64,000 nt of DNA from Octopus vulgaris (Eukaryota): the NCBI GenBank assembly GCA_951406725.2, contig OX597832.1:9176001-9240000 (forward strand), written 5' to 3'. The notes under the pieces were generated by a model. The model made no database searches, had not been told where the DNA came from, and saw nothing but the letters and a program-made list of their open reading frames with translations. Of this stretch, positions 25,932-38,922 are shown piece by piece; within the stretch, counting starts at the first letter, position 1; each line of letters opens with the position of its first letter. Made by a program: the position numbers and the translations under genes.

Positions 25932-26282
25932 TACACACCGGTCAAAATTACGCAGAAATGACATCTCATTTTAACAGATATATTTACCAAAATTACAACA
26001 AAATATCTTAAAATACTAAAGAGTAAATTTATCCAATAAAATTGCTATTGGCTTCAACCACAGCCACCAGTCACTTCTGAATCTCCCGCAAATCTTCTGG
26101 AAAATCTCCTTGTCTCAGTTTATGACTGTAGCCATAATCCTTGCCTTCAGTTCATATTTGGTGTTACAACGAGTTTTATTGTCTCTCGCTCAACTGCGCC
26201 CCACAAAGAATAATCAGAGGGGCTGCAGCCAGGGGAGTTAGGTGGCTAGATGTTAGGGGTGATGTGGTTGAAAAAATTGAGT
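25932..26282 (-). mobile_element. 3' remnant of a Tc1/mariner maT (DD37D)-like transposon
   Basis: Minus strand: NFFNHITPNI*PPNSPGCSPSDYSLWGAVERET...ELKARIM...ICGRFRS..VVEANSNFI, matching WPPNSPDCNPLDY.VWG..E; related to 36848-37675. Confidence 0.8.
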
Positions 26283-26548
26283 GTTATTATTTACGGTCAT
26301 GCTTATGACCGTAAATAATAAGGAAACAATTTTACTTTTCATTCCCTTTGAAAATTGCTCTTAAAATATTTTTGTTCGTTTTGACTGCTTCTTCTAGCGT
26401 GTAAAAATTACCTATTAAAGGTAATTTTCTCTTGTGTTTACATGTACACTATTTTATATTGAATTTGTTGTCTATTGACTTTTTATGCATGCTAGGCCAC
26501 TGGTAGGGAAATTCCGAAAAGTATTCACCATCCTATATAATTTTACGA

Positions 26549-26607
<59 letters not shown>

Positions 26608-26847
26608 TACATATATACATATGTATATATATATATATGTATATATATGCATATATATATATGTATATATATGCATATATATGTATATATGTATATATAT
26701 GCATATATATGTATATATATATATGTATATGTATATCTATATATATATATGCATATATATATATAGACACATGTACATATATACATATACGTATATATAT
26801 ATAAATATATATATATACATATATATATATATACACATATATATATA

Positions 26848-26922
<75 letters not shown>
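26549..26922. repeat. Long degenerate (AT)n/(ATGTAT)n tract
   Basis: Directly visible; similar tracts at ~22118-22250, 24177-24305, 30428-30580, 34820-35060, 38020-38920, 46449-46925 and 57780-58030. Confidence 0.95.
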
Positions 26923-26924
<2 letters not shown>

Positions 26925-27284
26925 CAATATTAACTGAGATAAACATGAAAAGAAAACTTAGTTTTACTTTAGCGATGAGTAAAAGCATAGACTAAGTTAC
27001 ACTATAAAGACACACGGGTAATTAATAATTTATGTCTCCAGACATTTCCAAGGAACTAAGAATATAGGAATGCTGGCGACAAGAAGAGCCCCATTAAATT
27101 TAACTAAATAACCCTCTGGAAAGTTGGAACGGCCATATGTTACTCGAATACGAACCAAATTCTCTTACGGTAAAATACGTCCCTGGAGAGGAAATGTGTG
27201 AGCCCTAACTTCATTTCAGTTTGGCAATAATCCTGCATGATTCTTTCAATGGCCATTATTCAAAGCAGTCTATGCATGCCTGAG

Positions 27285-27360
<76 letters not shown>

Positions 27361-27424
27361 CATCTATCTGTGTATCTGTTTATCTATCTATCTATCTGTG
27401 TATCTCTCTATCTCTCTATCTCTC

Positions 27425-27469
<45 letters not shown>

Positions 27470-27470
27470 A

Positions 27471-27505
<35 letters not shown>

Positions 27506-27699
27506 TTATCTATTTGTCTGTCTATTTTCTGTCTGCCAGTTTTTGTGTCTGTCTATATATAGTGATATACATACATACATATATATTGCATTATTATTTT
27601 CAGTGAAACTTCTTCACTGTTCTCGTTCTGCTAACGTTTTGGCCTTCAGACGCGTGTACCGACATAGATGTGGCAACATTTGAAATTTTGTCCAGGTAT

Positions 27700-27770
27700 A
27701 TGTAGCTGATGAAGACGAATCAAATCTACGTTGTCAAACGTATTTGAAGGGTCTGAAACCGGTACTGCAT
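27700..27770 (+). ncRNA. Type I minimal hammerhead ribozyme (Penelope pseudo-LTR type)
   Basis: Stem I ATGTAG(27700-05)/CTGCAT(27765-70); core CTGATGA (27706-12); stem II AGAC/GTCT extended by TCAAA/TTTGA and TACGTT/AACGTA; GAAAC (27755-59), palindromic CCGG stem III and GTA triplet. Predicted cleavage after 27764. Confidence 0.8.
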
Positions 27771-27980
27771 TATCCGTTTCTAGGTTTTCCATTTTTCAGA
27801 TGTTCTTCCTAGAATTAAGACAATTTTTTTTCATGTTTGTTGCACACACGCTTCTTTACTAGTATATACGCAGTGAAGCTATACAATAGCGTTTTGTATT
27901 TATTACGATTGCTATTTTCCAGTAAATAACGATGTCTCGCTGTACTATTTATTTACCGAAAGAAAAAAAAAAGTTTGTGG

Positions 27981-28049
<69 letters not shown>

Positions 28050-28660
28050 CATGTATAGGTACAGGACATCACCAACTGTACAAACATGAAATACGTAAAT
28101 AAACGGGTTAAACACGTATAAAATAGAGAAAAATTGTAAAACAGGACGTGTTAATACCGAGAAAGGAACCCTCATCAGTTGTCGGCTGTGTATCTACACC
28201 TCATTTTGAAGATTCTTATAAGAATTTGTTCAGTTACAATCAAGGCACTCTAAATTTACTCTATCACGTGTGAGAGAGGGCAGTACTTGTTTGTGTGTAG
28301 CCCAGTGGCGAAAATTTAGATTGTCAGCTGTGTAGGTCCCTCATGTTAATTATCAGAATCGGTTTTGTGAGTGAATAGTTATTTGTGTATGTACTCTGTT
28401 AAAGTTTGTTAAGTCTTGCTTTGTATTTTTGTATGAAAGTATTTTCGATGCTATCCGAGCTTCATCTCTCATATTCATTGAACAAAGGTAGATTGGGGGG
28501 GGGGGCAAATTAAAACAGTACTATATATTCGTTCCTCTGTCATGCATTACTGTTATTATTTTAGCTGATGCCCATTGTCCCGAAATATTTCGTCGCATAT
28601 TTGTGATTTCCTTAGCGACCCTTTCCGTCCTCGTGTATCTTCCTCCTTCACTTAATCCAT
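28050..28660 (-). mobile_element. Penelope-like element 3' fragment (GIY-YIG C-terminus + pseudo-LTR with decayed hammerhead)
   Basis: Minus strand encodes ..ENTFIQKYKARLN (cf. the E..FI.K.KP.LN end of PLE GIY-YIG), followed downstream by ACAACTGATGAGGG...AACACGTCCTGT (28180-28140). Confidence 0.55.
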
Positions 28661-30506
28661 TCTGTCCTTCTATGATCTGTATGTGAGTGTGAACATGGCT
28701 GTGTGTGTATGTGTGTGAGTGTGCGTACGCGGTACCTAGGTGTTTTGCACGTGTTTTGCATGTGTACTTAGGTGAGTATATATGGACTTACCCACTACAC
28801 TGAAGGAACAGACATATAAGCGATAAGTTCTACAGATCAGAGATTTTATAGGGCTGTAGGCCTTTCTACAAATTTAATCCGTTGATTTATCGTATCTAAT
28901 CATCTTCTAAAAAGGTATGCTAGTTCACTGCCAAGGTTAGCATCAACAAATACGAGGCTTTGGTATTTTTTGTTGTCGTACAATGAGATTGCCTTATTTC
29001 TCTCCTAATCTTTTCTGACTTAAAAATGCGGGATACATGCCTCATTCTGATCAATGTGTCCCCCATGTGCGACCCTATAGAATTATAAAGCATACATTTT
29101 AGACAAGCATGAGATACGGTAAATCTATGTATTAAAGTAGTAGAAAGGCCTGAAACCCCATAAAATCCCTGATGTGCAGAACTTAAACTTTCCATAGATC
29201 CCCATGTATGGAAAACAATTCTATAATATATAAGATCAACCCACAGGTTAACTGCAAAATTAGGAATGGTGTCTATATCTTATGGTTTATTGGGAGACGG
29301 AACGTAAAGAAGACAACAGCTTGCATTTCGGAGTGCATAAGGGAGTGAATAGGCGACTCTGGCAGGATCTCAAAGAGAAGGAAGTCTCGTCAAACAGAAC
29401 ATGGATGCTTGGTTAATAACACAGAGGTTAAGGTATTATCAACGCATAGAAGTGAAACAGTACTTAGAGAGATTACAGAAGCCACTCACATAGTATTAGA
29501 TAAACCCAACCTCAAGAGAAAACACGAATAGAACAATAACATACACCGTCACTACACGACGCAACACAACGACTACAGAGAGAAAGTGAAGAAAAGGCAG
29601 ATACAAACAGTGTAATATACACACAAAAGACAAACATGCTCATACTTATGATAAATATAATAGAGATACATAAGTAAAGTGAGAAATAAAACCATGTAAA
29701 GGGCACAGGTATAAACCACAAATAAACAAAAATATGTACACATATTAACACGCAGTAATTTCACAAATGGCCGCAAGATCATCAAGACGAGCAGCTACAA
29801 CAATGACGACAGCAAAAAAAAAGCAGCAACCACAATAACAACAACAAGAACGAACACACAAACACAGAAAGAAACAAGAATAATATCAAAATGAAGGTCG
29901 AAGAACAGAGGCAGCAGCAACAGGGGTCATCTTAGGTGAGAGAATGGTAACCACTTAGAACGACGACGATAATGATACCAATATAAAGGGAACGGATGTG
30001 AACAGTTTAGTTTGTAAGCCTATATATACACACGTAAGCCCACGTGAGAATCACATTGACACGAGTACGCACATGCACGCACGTGCACAAACGCACACAC
30101 ATGAACATACTAAAATACAGGCGCAAACGCATGCTTAGACAAGGATACACGTCATAGAAGGACAGAATGGAATAAGCGGAGCAGGAGGATAGACTTGGAC
30201 GAAGAGGCTCCGTGAATAGATCACAGGTGTGTAACGAAAGATTTCCTGACAATGGACTTCACTTAAAACACAAAGAGTAGGAAACGAGTGAAGAACAAAT
30301 ATATAGTGCACGTGTTAAGTTGGCAAAAAAAGAGAAAGAAGTATGCCCGTCCAGAAATATAACAATATGTACTTCAAGCACCACGATTCCACAAGAGCAA
30401 TCTAGCAAACGCAGAAATTCATAAACGTATATATATATATGTATATATATATATGTTGATATATATACATATATGTTGATATATATATATATATGTATAT
30501 ATATGT

Positions 30507-30580
<74 letters not shown>

Positions 30581-31201
30581 CATGAGTACATGTGAGTTTG
30601 GGTAAATTTGTTTCTAAATATTTAACGGGAAGTAATTTCTCTAAAGAAAGAAATAGAATTCAAATTCACTTTTATAAATTTGTAATTAAACGTCTTATTA
30701 TGAATATTCATTTTCAGAAAAAAAATTAAAGAATAGAAAAATATATCAGTGTTTTAGTATACTGGTAAGTTTTAGGCTGAAAATATACGAGGTATGGCGG
30801 ATGTATATGGGACGAATAATTGACGGGGGAACGTCTATGTAATTACAGAAGAAACTGATGAATATATCGAACGGAATTAATTAATAAAGAAAGACAATAT
30901 GAAGGGAACTTCTAGGATGGGGAAGCTGATAACAGACTAAATAAAAAGAAAGATAATTAAAAAACCATAGTACGCAGGAACTTGAAAATAACAAAGTATG
31001 AAAATAATTATAAAAGTATACATCATTCGACAAATAGAATAATAATAAGTGTAATGCTGCTCATTCCATCTGATTTTATTAAAAAAGCTAAAAAATATGA
31101 AATTTTAATCGGGGAGAATCTGTGGCCAAGCCTGCATAATTGTCTGCACGCTCTCTACGACATCAATTAAGAATGACTAATTACCTTCTTTTTCCTTGTA
31201 C

Positions 31202-31270
<69 letters not shown>

Positions 31271-31653
31271 CTCTTTACTCTTTATTCTTTTACTTGTTTC
31301 AGTCATTTTACTGCGGCCATGCTGGAGCACCGATTTTAATCGAGCAACTCGACCCCGGGATTTATTCTTCTGTAAGCCCAGTACTTATTCTATCGGTCTC
31401 TTTTGCCGAACTGCTAAGTAACGGGGACATAAACACACCACCATCGGTTGTCAAGCAATGCTAGGGGGACAAACACACACAAACACACACACGCATATAT
31501 ATATATACATATATACGACGGGCTTCTTTCCAGTTTCCGTCTACCAAATCCACTCACACGGCTTTGGTCGGCCCGAGGCTATAGTAGAAGACACTTAACC
31601 CGGAACCATGTGGTTGGTAAGCAAGCCACTTACCACACAGCCACTCCTGCGCC
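31271..31653 (-). mobile_element. tRNA-derived SINE family B (CORE-like) with internal deletion
   Basis: Head GGCGCAGGAGTGGCTGTGTGGTAAG; internal (TG)/(AT) microsatellite; tail GCTCCAGCATGGCCGCAGT...GAAACAAGT plus (AAAGAGT)n. Lacks ~26 nt spanning the B-box/CORE start relative to the 41625 and 56046 copies. Confidence 0.88.
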
Positions 31654-31716
<63 letters not shown>

Positions 31717-32283
31717 GTATAGATAAATATATATACATATACATACATACCATACCTATATATATTATATATATATATATTATATATATATGTATATATA
31801 GATATATAGATATATATATATATATATATATGCATATCTATCTCTCTATCAATACTAATACCCGTGTTTCAAACTCAAACGCGTATGTTTCATAAGAAAA
31901 TGTTAGCCTACTAAAGAGCGGTTAGAAGCAAGAGAGATGAAAATGTAATAAATGCTTATCTTATGAACATCATTAGCTTACGTTTAAGATGCTGTGGAAT
32001 CATAATTCCATGCCTAGTTAGAAACCCATTGCCTCATTAGAGCCTCAGTTATGAATTACATAAATTAACCATTTATTTATTTGTCGCCTCTCTTCCTTCA
32101 TATATATATACATATATATGTATGTGTGTGTGTGTAAATGGATGAATGAATTATCCTTTGTTTACCGTTAACATAGAAAATACAATAAACAGTTACCAAT
32201 GTAGCAAAATTCACGCAAGTAACACGGAGGGAGCGACTTATTCCAAGGTAGAAACTCCGGGTTAATGTGCAGTATTTGCATAA

Positions 32284-32444
32284 TATAAGTAAATAAATGG
32301 AGTTGAAAGAAGATGTTATTAAAATTCTTTTACTTTCGACATATGTTTCGAATAAAACCAATGCTGTCTTCGAAACATATGTCGAAACATATGTCGAAAA
32401 TAATTTTAATAACATCTTCGTTCAACCCCATTTATTTACTTATA
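32284..32444. mobile_element. Small foldback/MITE-like inverted repeat
   Basis: TATAAGTAAATAAATGGAGTTGAAAGAAGATGTTATTAAAATT..TTTCGACATATGTTTCGAA is mirrored by TTCGAAACATATGTCGAAA..AATTTTAATAACATCTTCGTTCAACCCCATTTATTTACTTATA; 12-bp tandem duplication in the right arm; TA termini. Confidence 0.75.
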
Positions 32445-32449
32445 TATAT

Positions 32450-32495
<46 letters not shown>

Positions 32496-32589
32496 CGATA
32501 CAATAATTGTTTCTTGTCAGGAACAAAAAAAGGTTTAATAGGACTGCAATAGAAGTGCTCTATTGGAAGAGACAAAAATATCATATAGG

Positions 32590-32770
32590 CTGCATAATGA
32601 TTAAGCATTGTCTAGGTTTTTCCACAAAGAACATTCCCATACCCTCGAACAATTTATACATGGAATCATTGATCCACCGAACTAGGGAATTCATCAACAG
32701 GCTAAGATGGCGAGCCTTCTTCCTTGATTTGAAAAATAATAATAAGAGTGAAAGCAGTACATTTGAATCC
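32590..32770 (+). mobile_element. Penelope-like element ORF N-terminal fragment
   Basis: GFSTKNIPIPSNNLYMESLIHRTREFINRLRWRAFF matches the recurrent YS.KNIPIP...Y...LI.K.E.FI.R.RWKA.F N-terminus of invertebrate PLE ORFs. Confidence 0.75.
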
Positions 32771-32942
32771 AGCATTTATTATTATTATTACGTGCTGTAC
32801 ATATGAATCTTGTTCCATCTTGCGGGTTATATGTTTATTCTGTAATTAAATGTTCGAATTATGAAATGCGGTTGTCTTTGTATTTGCTTGTTCAATGATT
32901 TTAGTTTGATATATATATGTATATACATATATATATATATAT

Positions 32943-33767
32943 ATAAGTATGGAAAAATTTTTTTAAAATGCAGAATGCTCAAATGAAAGAAAATTTTAAT
33001 AAAATGAGAAATTGATAAAATATATAAATATATATTTATTCAACCGGTTTTCGTCATTGTATGACTTGTCAAGAATATTTATGTTTAAAAAATTTTTTTT
33101 TAAAAATTAGAAAGGGGAAAAAAGAAAAAGAAAATTGTATTGTTTTTTGTAAAAGAATAATGATAAAAATGTACAAAAATTAAAAAATAAGTTCTCCGAT
33201 ACATTGTGAGTTCGTTGTGTATCTTGAGTTTTATGGTTGTTCCACGAAAAAATTACCTTGAGGTGTTAAGATCCAAAGGGATTAAGAGCATGTGTTGTGT
33301 TGTTAAATTCAGCATGTTTGCAGGACAGGAAGTAGTTTCCTGTCCTGCAAACATGCTGAATTTAACAACACAACACATGCTCTTAATCCCTTTGGATCTT
33401 AACACCTCAAGGTAATTTTTTCGTGAACAACCATAAAACTCAAGATACACAACGAACTCACAATGTATCGGAGAACTTATTTTTTAATTTTTGTACATTT
33501 TTATCATTATTCTTTTGCAAAAAACAATACAATTTTCTTTTTCTTTTTTTTCCCCTTTCTAATTTTTAAAAAAACTTTTTAAAACATAAATATTCTTGAC
33601 AAGTCATACAATGACGAAAACCGGTTGAATAAATATATATTTATATATTTTATCAAGTTCTCATTTTATTAAAATTTTCTTTCATTTGAGCATTCTGCAT
33701 TTTTAAAAAATTTTTCCTTACTTATCATTTCTCCACGTGCGGTCAACACAACCCCACCATTTATTGA

Positions 33768-33770
<3 letters not shown>
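32943..33770. mobile_element. Inverted duplication (783-bp palindrome) of a Penelope-like 3' end/pseudo-LTR
   Basis: Arms 32943-33331 and 33337-33725 (389 bp each) with 5-nt spacer GTAGT and only a handful of differences. The right arm starts LSCKHAEF (cf. the SKCRH..K end of PLE ORFs) and carries a hammerhead-like motif at 33591-33631. Confidence 0.85.
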
Positions 33771-33822
<52 letters not shown>

Positions 33823-33933
33823 GCATATATACATATGTATATGTATACATATATATGTATATCCTTAAATCCTTAAAAATCCTTTAAAATGTTTTTGCCC
33901 GAAGGCCGCGGCCGTGCTGGGGCACCACATAGA

Positions 33934-33975
<42 letters not shown>

Positions 33976-34025
33976 TATATAGATTTGCATGTATATTTAT
34001 GTATATATATATATGTGTGTGTGTT

Positions 34026-34335
34026 GGAGGCACAAAGTTCCAGTGGTTAGGGCAGTGGACTCGCAGTCGGAGGATCGCTGTTTCGATTCCCATACCGGGC
34101 GTTGTGTGTGTATATTGAACGAAAACTCCTAAAATGTTCAGCGAGGCTCCGGCAGTGGCTAGTGACGATCCCTGTTGTATTCTTTCACCACAACTTTCTC
34201 TCACTCTCTCTCCCTGTTTCTTGCGTAACGCTGTGATAGGCTGTTGTCCCTTTCAGCTAGGGGCAAAGCACATACGCCACAGAAACCGGAAAACCGGGCC
34301 CATGAACCTGACTAGGTGGGAAAAGGGTGACGTTT
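34026..34335 (+). mobile_element. SINE family C copy
   Basis: GGAGGCAC...CAGTGGTTAGGGCAGTGGACTCGC...TTTCGATTCCC head and AGAAACCGGAAAACCGGGCCCATGA tail; colinear with 22274-22584. Confidence 0.87.
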
Positions 34336-34340
34336 ATCGT

Positions 34341-34371
<31 letters not shown>

Positions 34372-34870
34372 GAAGAGAGAGTGAGAGGGAGAGAGAGAGA
34401 GTGATAGAGAGAGAGCGATAGAGAGAAAGTTTGATATATAGATATACTCATAAGTATCACCTAAAACATATAAATTCATTCAAACAAACGCAATGTCAGA
34501 ATGCACTTTTTCCATTATTCAGCGCAGCTCACTTCTTTAGTTTTCATTTGTTCAAAAGTTGAGATTTGTCGCATTCCTCTATTTTAGTAATGCACTTAAA
34601 ATAATTATTATGGTCTGTCGCATATACCAGATTCACATTGATTTTTTTTAAAGTCATTACTGTCGCATACACTATATCAGTTTAGACACGTAATTGATAT
34701 TACACTGTCGAATCTTACAATACTTTTTTATGTCATAGTCTTATTCTCCTAAATGTCATAACAGAGCTGCAAAATTTTTCAAGATGAGCTTATATATAGT
34801 TATAAATACGTAAAATAAATACATAAATATATACATAAATACATACATACAGATATATGTATAATATATG

Positions 34871-34902
<32 letters not shown>

Positions 34903-35019
34903 TACATACACATATATATATATAGATAGATATATGTACATGTATATGTATATATATATATATATATACATATTATATATATATATATATATATACATGA
35001 AATATATACATACAAACAT

Positions 35020-35062
<43 letters not shown>

Positions 35063-36311
35063 GTGTGTGCGTGCCTGTGTGTATAAGCCTGTGTAAATAA
35101 TATTTGTGTAAAGATGCTTTTTTTTATTTCGTTGATGTTCTACCTAAAATAACTTGTACTCACATGTCGCCCACATACTTAAAATGATTTTATACATTCA
35201 TCTTACTTTCTTTGTAACTATAATGATGTGGTTGTCATGTCTTGTCAGACGTGTATTTATAGTGTCTATAAACTTTTTGCAGATTCTTGAAAATGGTCGA
35301 TTACATGCTAGTATTATATTGAGAATTAAAATATTTTTCAATAACCAGAGAGCGAATCCGATTATTTGGAAGATAGTGTACACTGCCGAAGGGACCTTTG
35401 GTCAAATATTGCAGTTAGCGTACACAAACATTCACTGAAAAGTAATCATGCAATGCATTTAGTGTGCTTCTTTTCAATTTTGTAGAGATAACTGGATATG
35501 TCTTCGTCACTGGGTTGGGTTTAACCTGAATCCGCTTGCCAGCGCATTAAATGTCATAACCACGAGGAACTTCTATTGGTATAATAGCTAGAGACTTAAT
35601 AGGATTTTCTTCTGCAGTATTATCAGGTTAGCTATCAAAAGTACCCTTGCTATGAAATTTCTCTTCGGTGATCACGCACTTACCTATAAATACATAAATA
35701 GAGACTTTACTTCAGAGATACTCAATTTGAAGTGCCAACTAGCAAATGATTTCAAAATATTGGTTGTTCACTCTGCATTAGTTTGTCTTCATAATTATAT
35801 AAATTTTCCATATTGTAAAGTTTTCGCATTTTCTTTTTAATATTGAAATCTGTACATTTAGCTGTCATTCATTTTGTTAATATTCAGCCTTATACCATCA
35901 TTGATATACTAAGCATAGCTTTGATCAATCATTTATAACAACATTTTAAAATACATACAGCATACAAATCATAAAGCCAGAATGTTCATTGAAAATTCTA
36001 GGAAACACCCAGAGTTGTATGTTATTAATTCGATATAGGTTATTACAGATGTTCTATATCTTCATTTCAGTGTTAAATATTTTATCTTTTGCTCATAGCA
36101 TTTTAGATTTAACCATTCACTATTAATTTTTGATTTACATACACATTTGCGAGGAATATGTACCGGTCATGTATGATGTAGCTTCCGCGAGAGATATAAT
36201 GCGAGACCGATCGAAGATGTAGCACTAATCTTAAATGCCTATAATTCTCGACAAATATACGTATGCATGTTTGCAAGTATAGAAAATATATCTATATACG
36301 TGTATGTTTGT

Positions 36312-36356
<45 letters not shown>

Positions 36357-36847
36357 CATGTATATATATATGTAGAAATATTTCCAAGATGATATTTTCT
36401 ATTCCTAGGAAATGGAGAAGATAATCCCGGAAGTATTTATCTCCGACCTCTTACCATATTTGCAGCAAGTACTGATTTTCCTACGCAATGAAATAATTAG
36501 TATGAATACAATCTCGTGTTAAATTACTTGTCAAATTTTTTCATTTGTCATTTCATTCGACACTCAATGAAGCAAGTCGTCTATACGTTCCCGTCTAAGT
36601 CTAAATATAAATTATGAATAGATGAATGGACGTTGCGTGTTCATTTGTTACGAATCCTGGCAATGTAGCATTGTGGTTGATATACTAGAATATAATATAA
36701 CATATATAATAATTTACATGAACCACATCATAGGTTATTACCAGTAATAGGATTGAAAATTAGTTTATATATAAATAATATAAAATTTATTGTACCTATC
36801 GCATAATGTTAACGTAAACATATTCTCTACAAAAGCATATATATGTA

Positions 36848-37675
36848 CATTGTGTTCAGTCGAAATTTGACAATTCTTTATGCTTCCTGTCTTCAGGGAC
36901 AGATCGAGATATTGGTGAACAATCTTCAGCTTTGGAAAGCATTTAATTTGCAGTTTTGAAAAATTTACTGATATGGGGGGCAGGGAGACATGTGAATTTT
37001 TTCAAAATTACTTCTATCATGATGAATGGCACTAGATATGAACGTGCCAAAATATTGACTGCAGCTCAATGTACTGTGAAAATTGTGTAGCCCTTAAGAT
37101 GTGACATGAACATCATGAAAAACAGTTCCTTCAAATACTGACGGTCTCTGAATGTCTTGAGTTAGGGTGACGTCATGCCGTACCACAATTTAGTACAAGG
37201 TTCTAGATCCATTTTAGATGGCTATGTGGAGCCTCTTTAGACTGTGGTGAAATACTAGCAGAAGATTGCTGCGAGAATACCATGTTGGCAGCAATATTCA
37301 GTTCATTGTCATATCACTGGAATGAGACAAAAGTGTTTGTCGGAGAATTTCTACGACTTCATCCACCCAAATATCTGGCATCCTTATCCGCCTCATTGTA
37401 ATCCTGCGGATAATTATGTGTGGGGAGCGGATGGGAAAACACCAAAATACACACCTGAAACCAAGAGCGAGATGATGGGAAAGACCGGAGAACTGTTTAT
37501 AGGAACAATGAAGTACGCATGCGCCAGCATTTGGATCCGTCTTGAGTAAAAAGTTTCATGTCAGTCATACTGTCGTTGATGTTGTTTGATTTTTTGAAAT
37601 GCATTTATTTTTAGGTAGCATATTGTATTTTCCTTTCATTCGACGCAAACTGTCACATTTCGACCGAACATTCTG
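36848..37675 (+). mobile_element. Internally deleted Tc1/mariner maT (DD37D)-like transposon with both TIRs
   Basis: TA|CATTGTGTTCAGTCGAAATTTGACAATT ... AACTGTCACATTTCGACCGAACATTCTG|TA (22/28 match). Internal remnants GDVMP, DGYVE.L.TVVK, WQQYSVHCH (WQQDSAPCH) and LSENFYDFIHPNIWHPYPPHCNPADNYVWG. Confidence 0.87.
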
Positions 37676-38037
37676 TATATTTTACAAGTATGTTCCAAAT
37701 CACTGTAAGATTCTTATCTTTAAAGTTTTACTGACACGCCATTTAGTAATTGCATTTTAAAGAAGGACATTATTTTTATTCATTTGTTTGTTTATTTATC
37801 AAAAATTTCATTTCAAATAAATCTACTTAAATACGTCGTGCAGAAAATATCGAGAGATATTAATTCTAAAATTTTAATATTTAGAAAATCTTCCATTATT
37901 TAAATTATGTCAGAAGATTACATCTCTGGAGGACATAAGATTTTATATTGGATATACGTGTTCTTTAAGTAAAAGCTGGGATATACACACATATGTATAC
38001 ATAAATACTTACATACATTTATGCGTACATACATATG

Positions 38038-38104
<67 letters not shown>

Positions 38105-38403
38105 TTGCATGCACAAGTACATGAATATGTGTATGTGTGTGGTGTTGGGTGTATATATGTCTATTTGTCTATGTATATATATATGTATATATACTTATCT
38201 ACACATGCATATACATCCATATATATATACACTTAAACACATAACACATATACACATACACAGAAAGTCGCACACATATGTATCTATATACTTTTCACAT
38301 ATATACTTGCAGGTAGTTTTGAATACTGTTATATGTATGTAGGATTTTGTTTCCATATGTCGTGTCCTTGTATGTATACATTTCTAATATATATAAAGTT
38401 TGC

Positions 38404-38501
<98 letters not shown>

Positions 38502-38510
38502 GCATGTCTG

Positions 38511-38570
<60 letters not shown>

Positions 38571-38710
38571 CCTGTGTATGTAGGAGTATGTGTTTTTGTA
38601 CATGTATATATGTGTGTGTTAGTATTATGTAGATATATTATATTCTGTATTATATAAATACATTCATAAGTGTGTATATGTCAAAATATATATATATACA
38701 TAAATATATA

Positions 38711-38764
<54 letters not shown>

Positions 38765-38847
38765 CACATATATATATCATATATATGAATATATTTATAT
38801 ATACACACATATTTATGATAGAGCCCAGCTATCTATCTATCTATCTA

Positions 38848-38922
<75 letters not shown>

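Noticed and set aside
33206-33450. Mirror-image ORFs on both strands
   Set aside because: A by-product of the palindrome.
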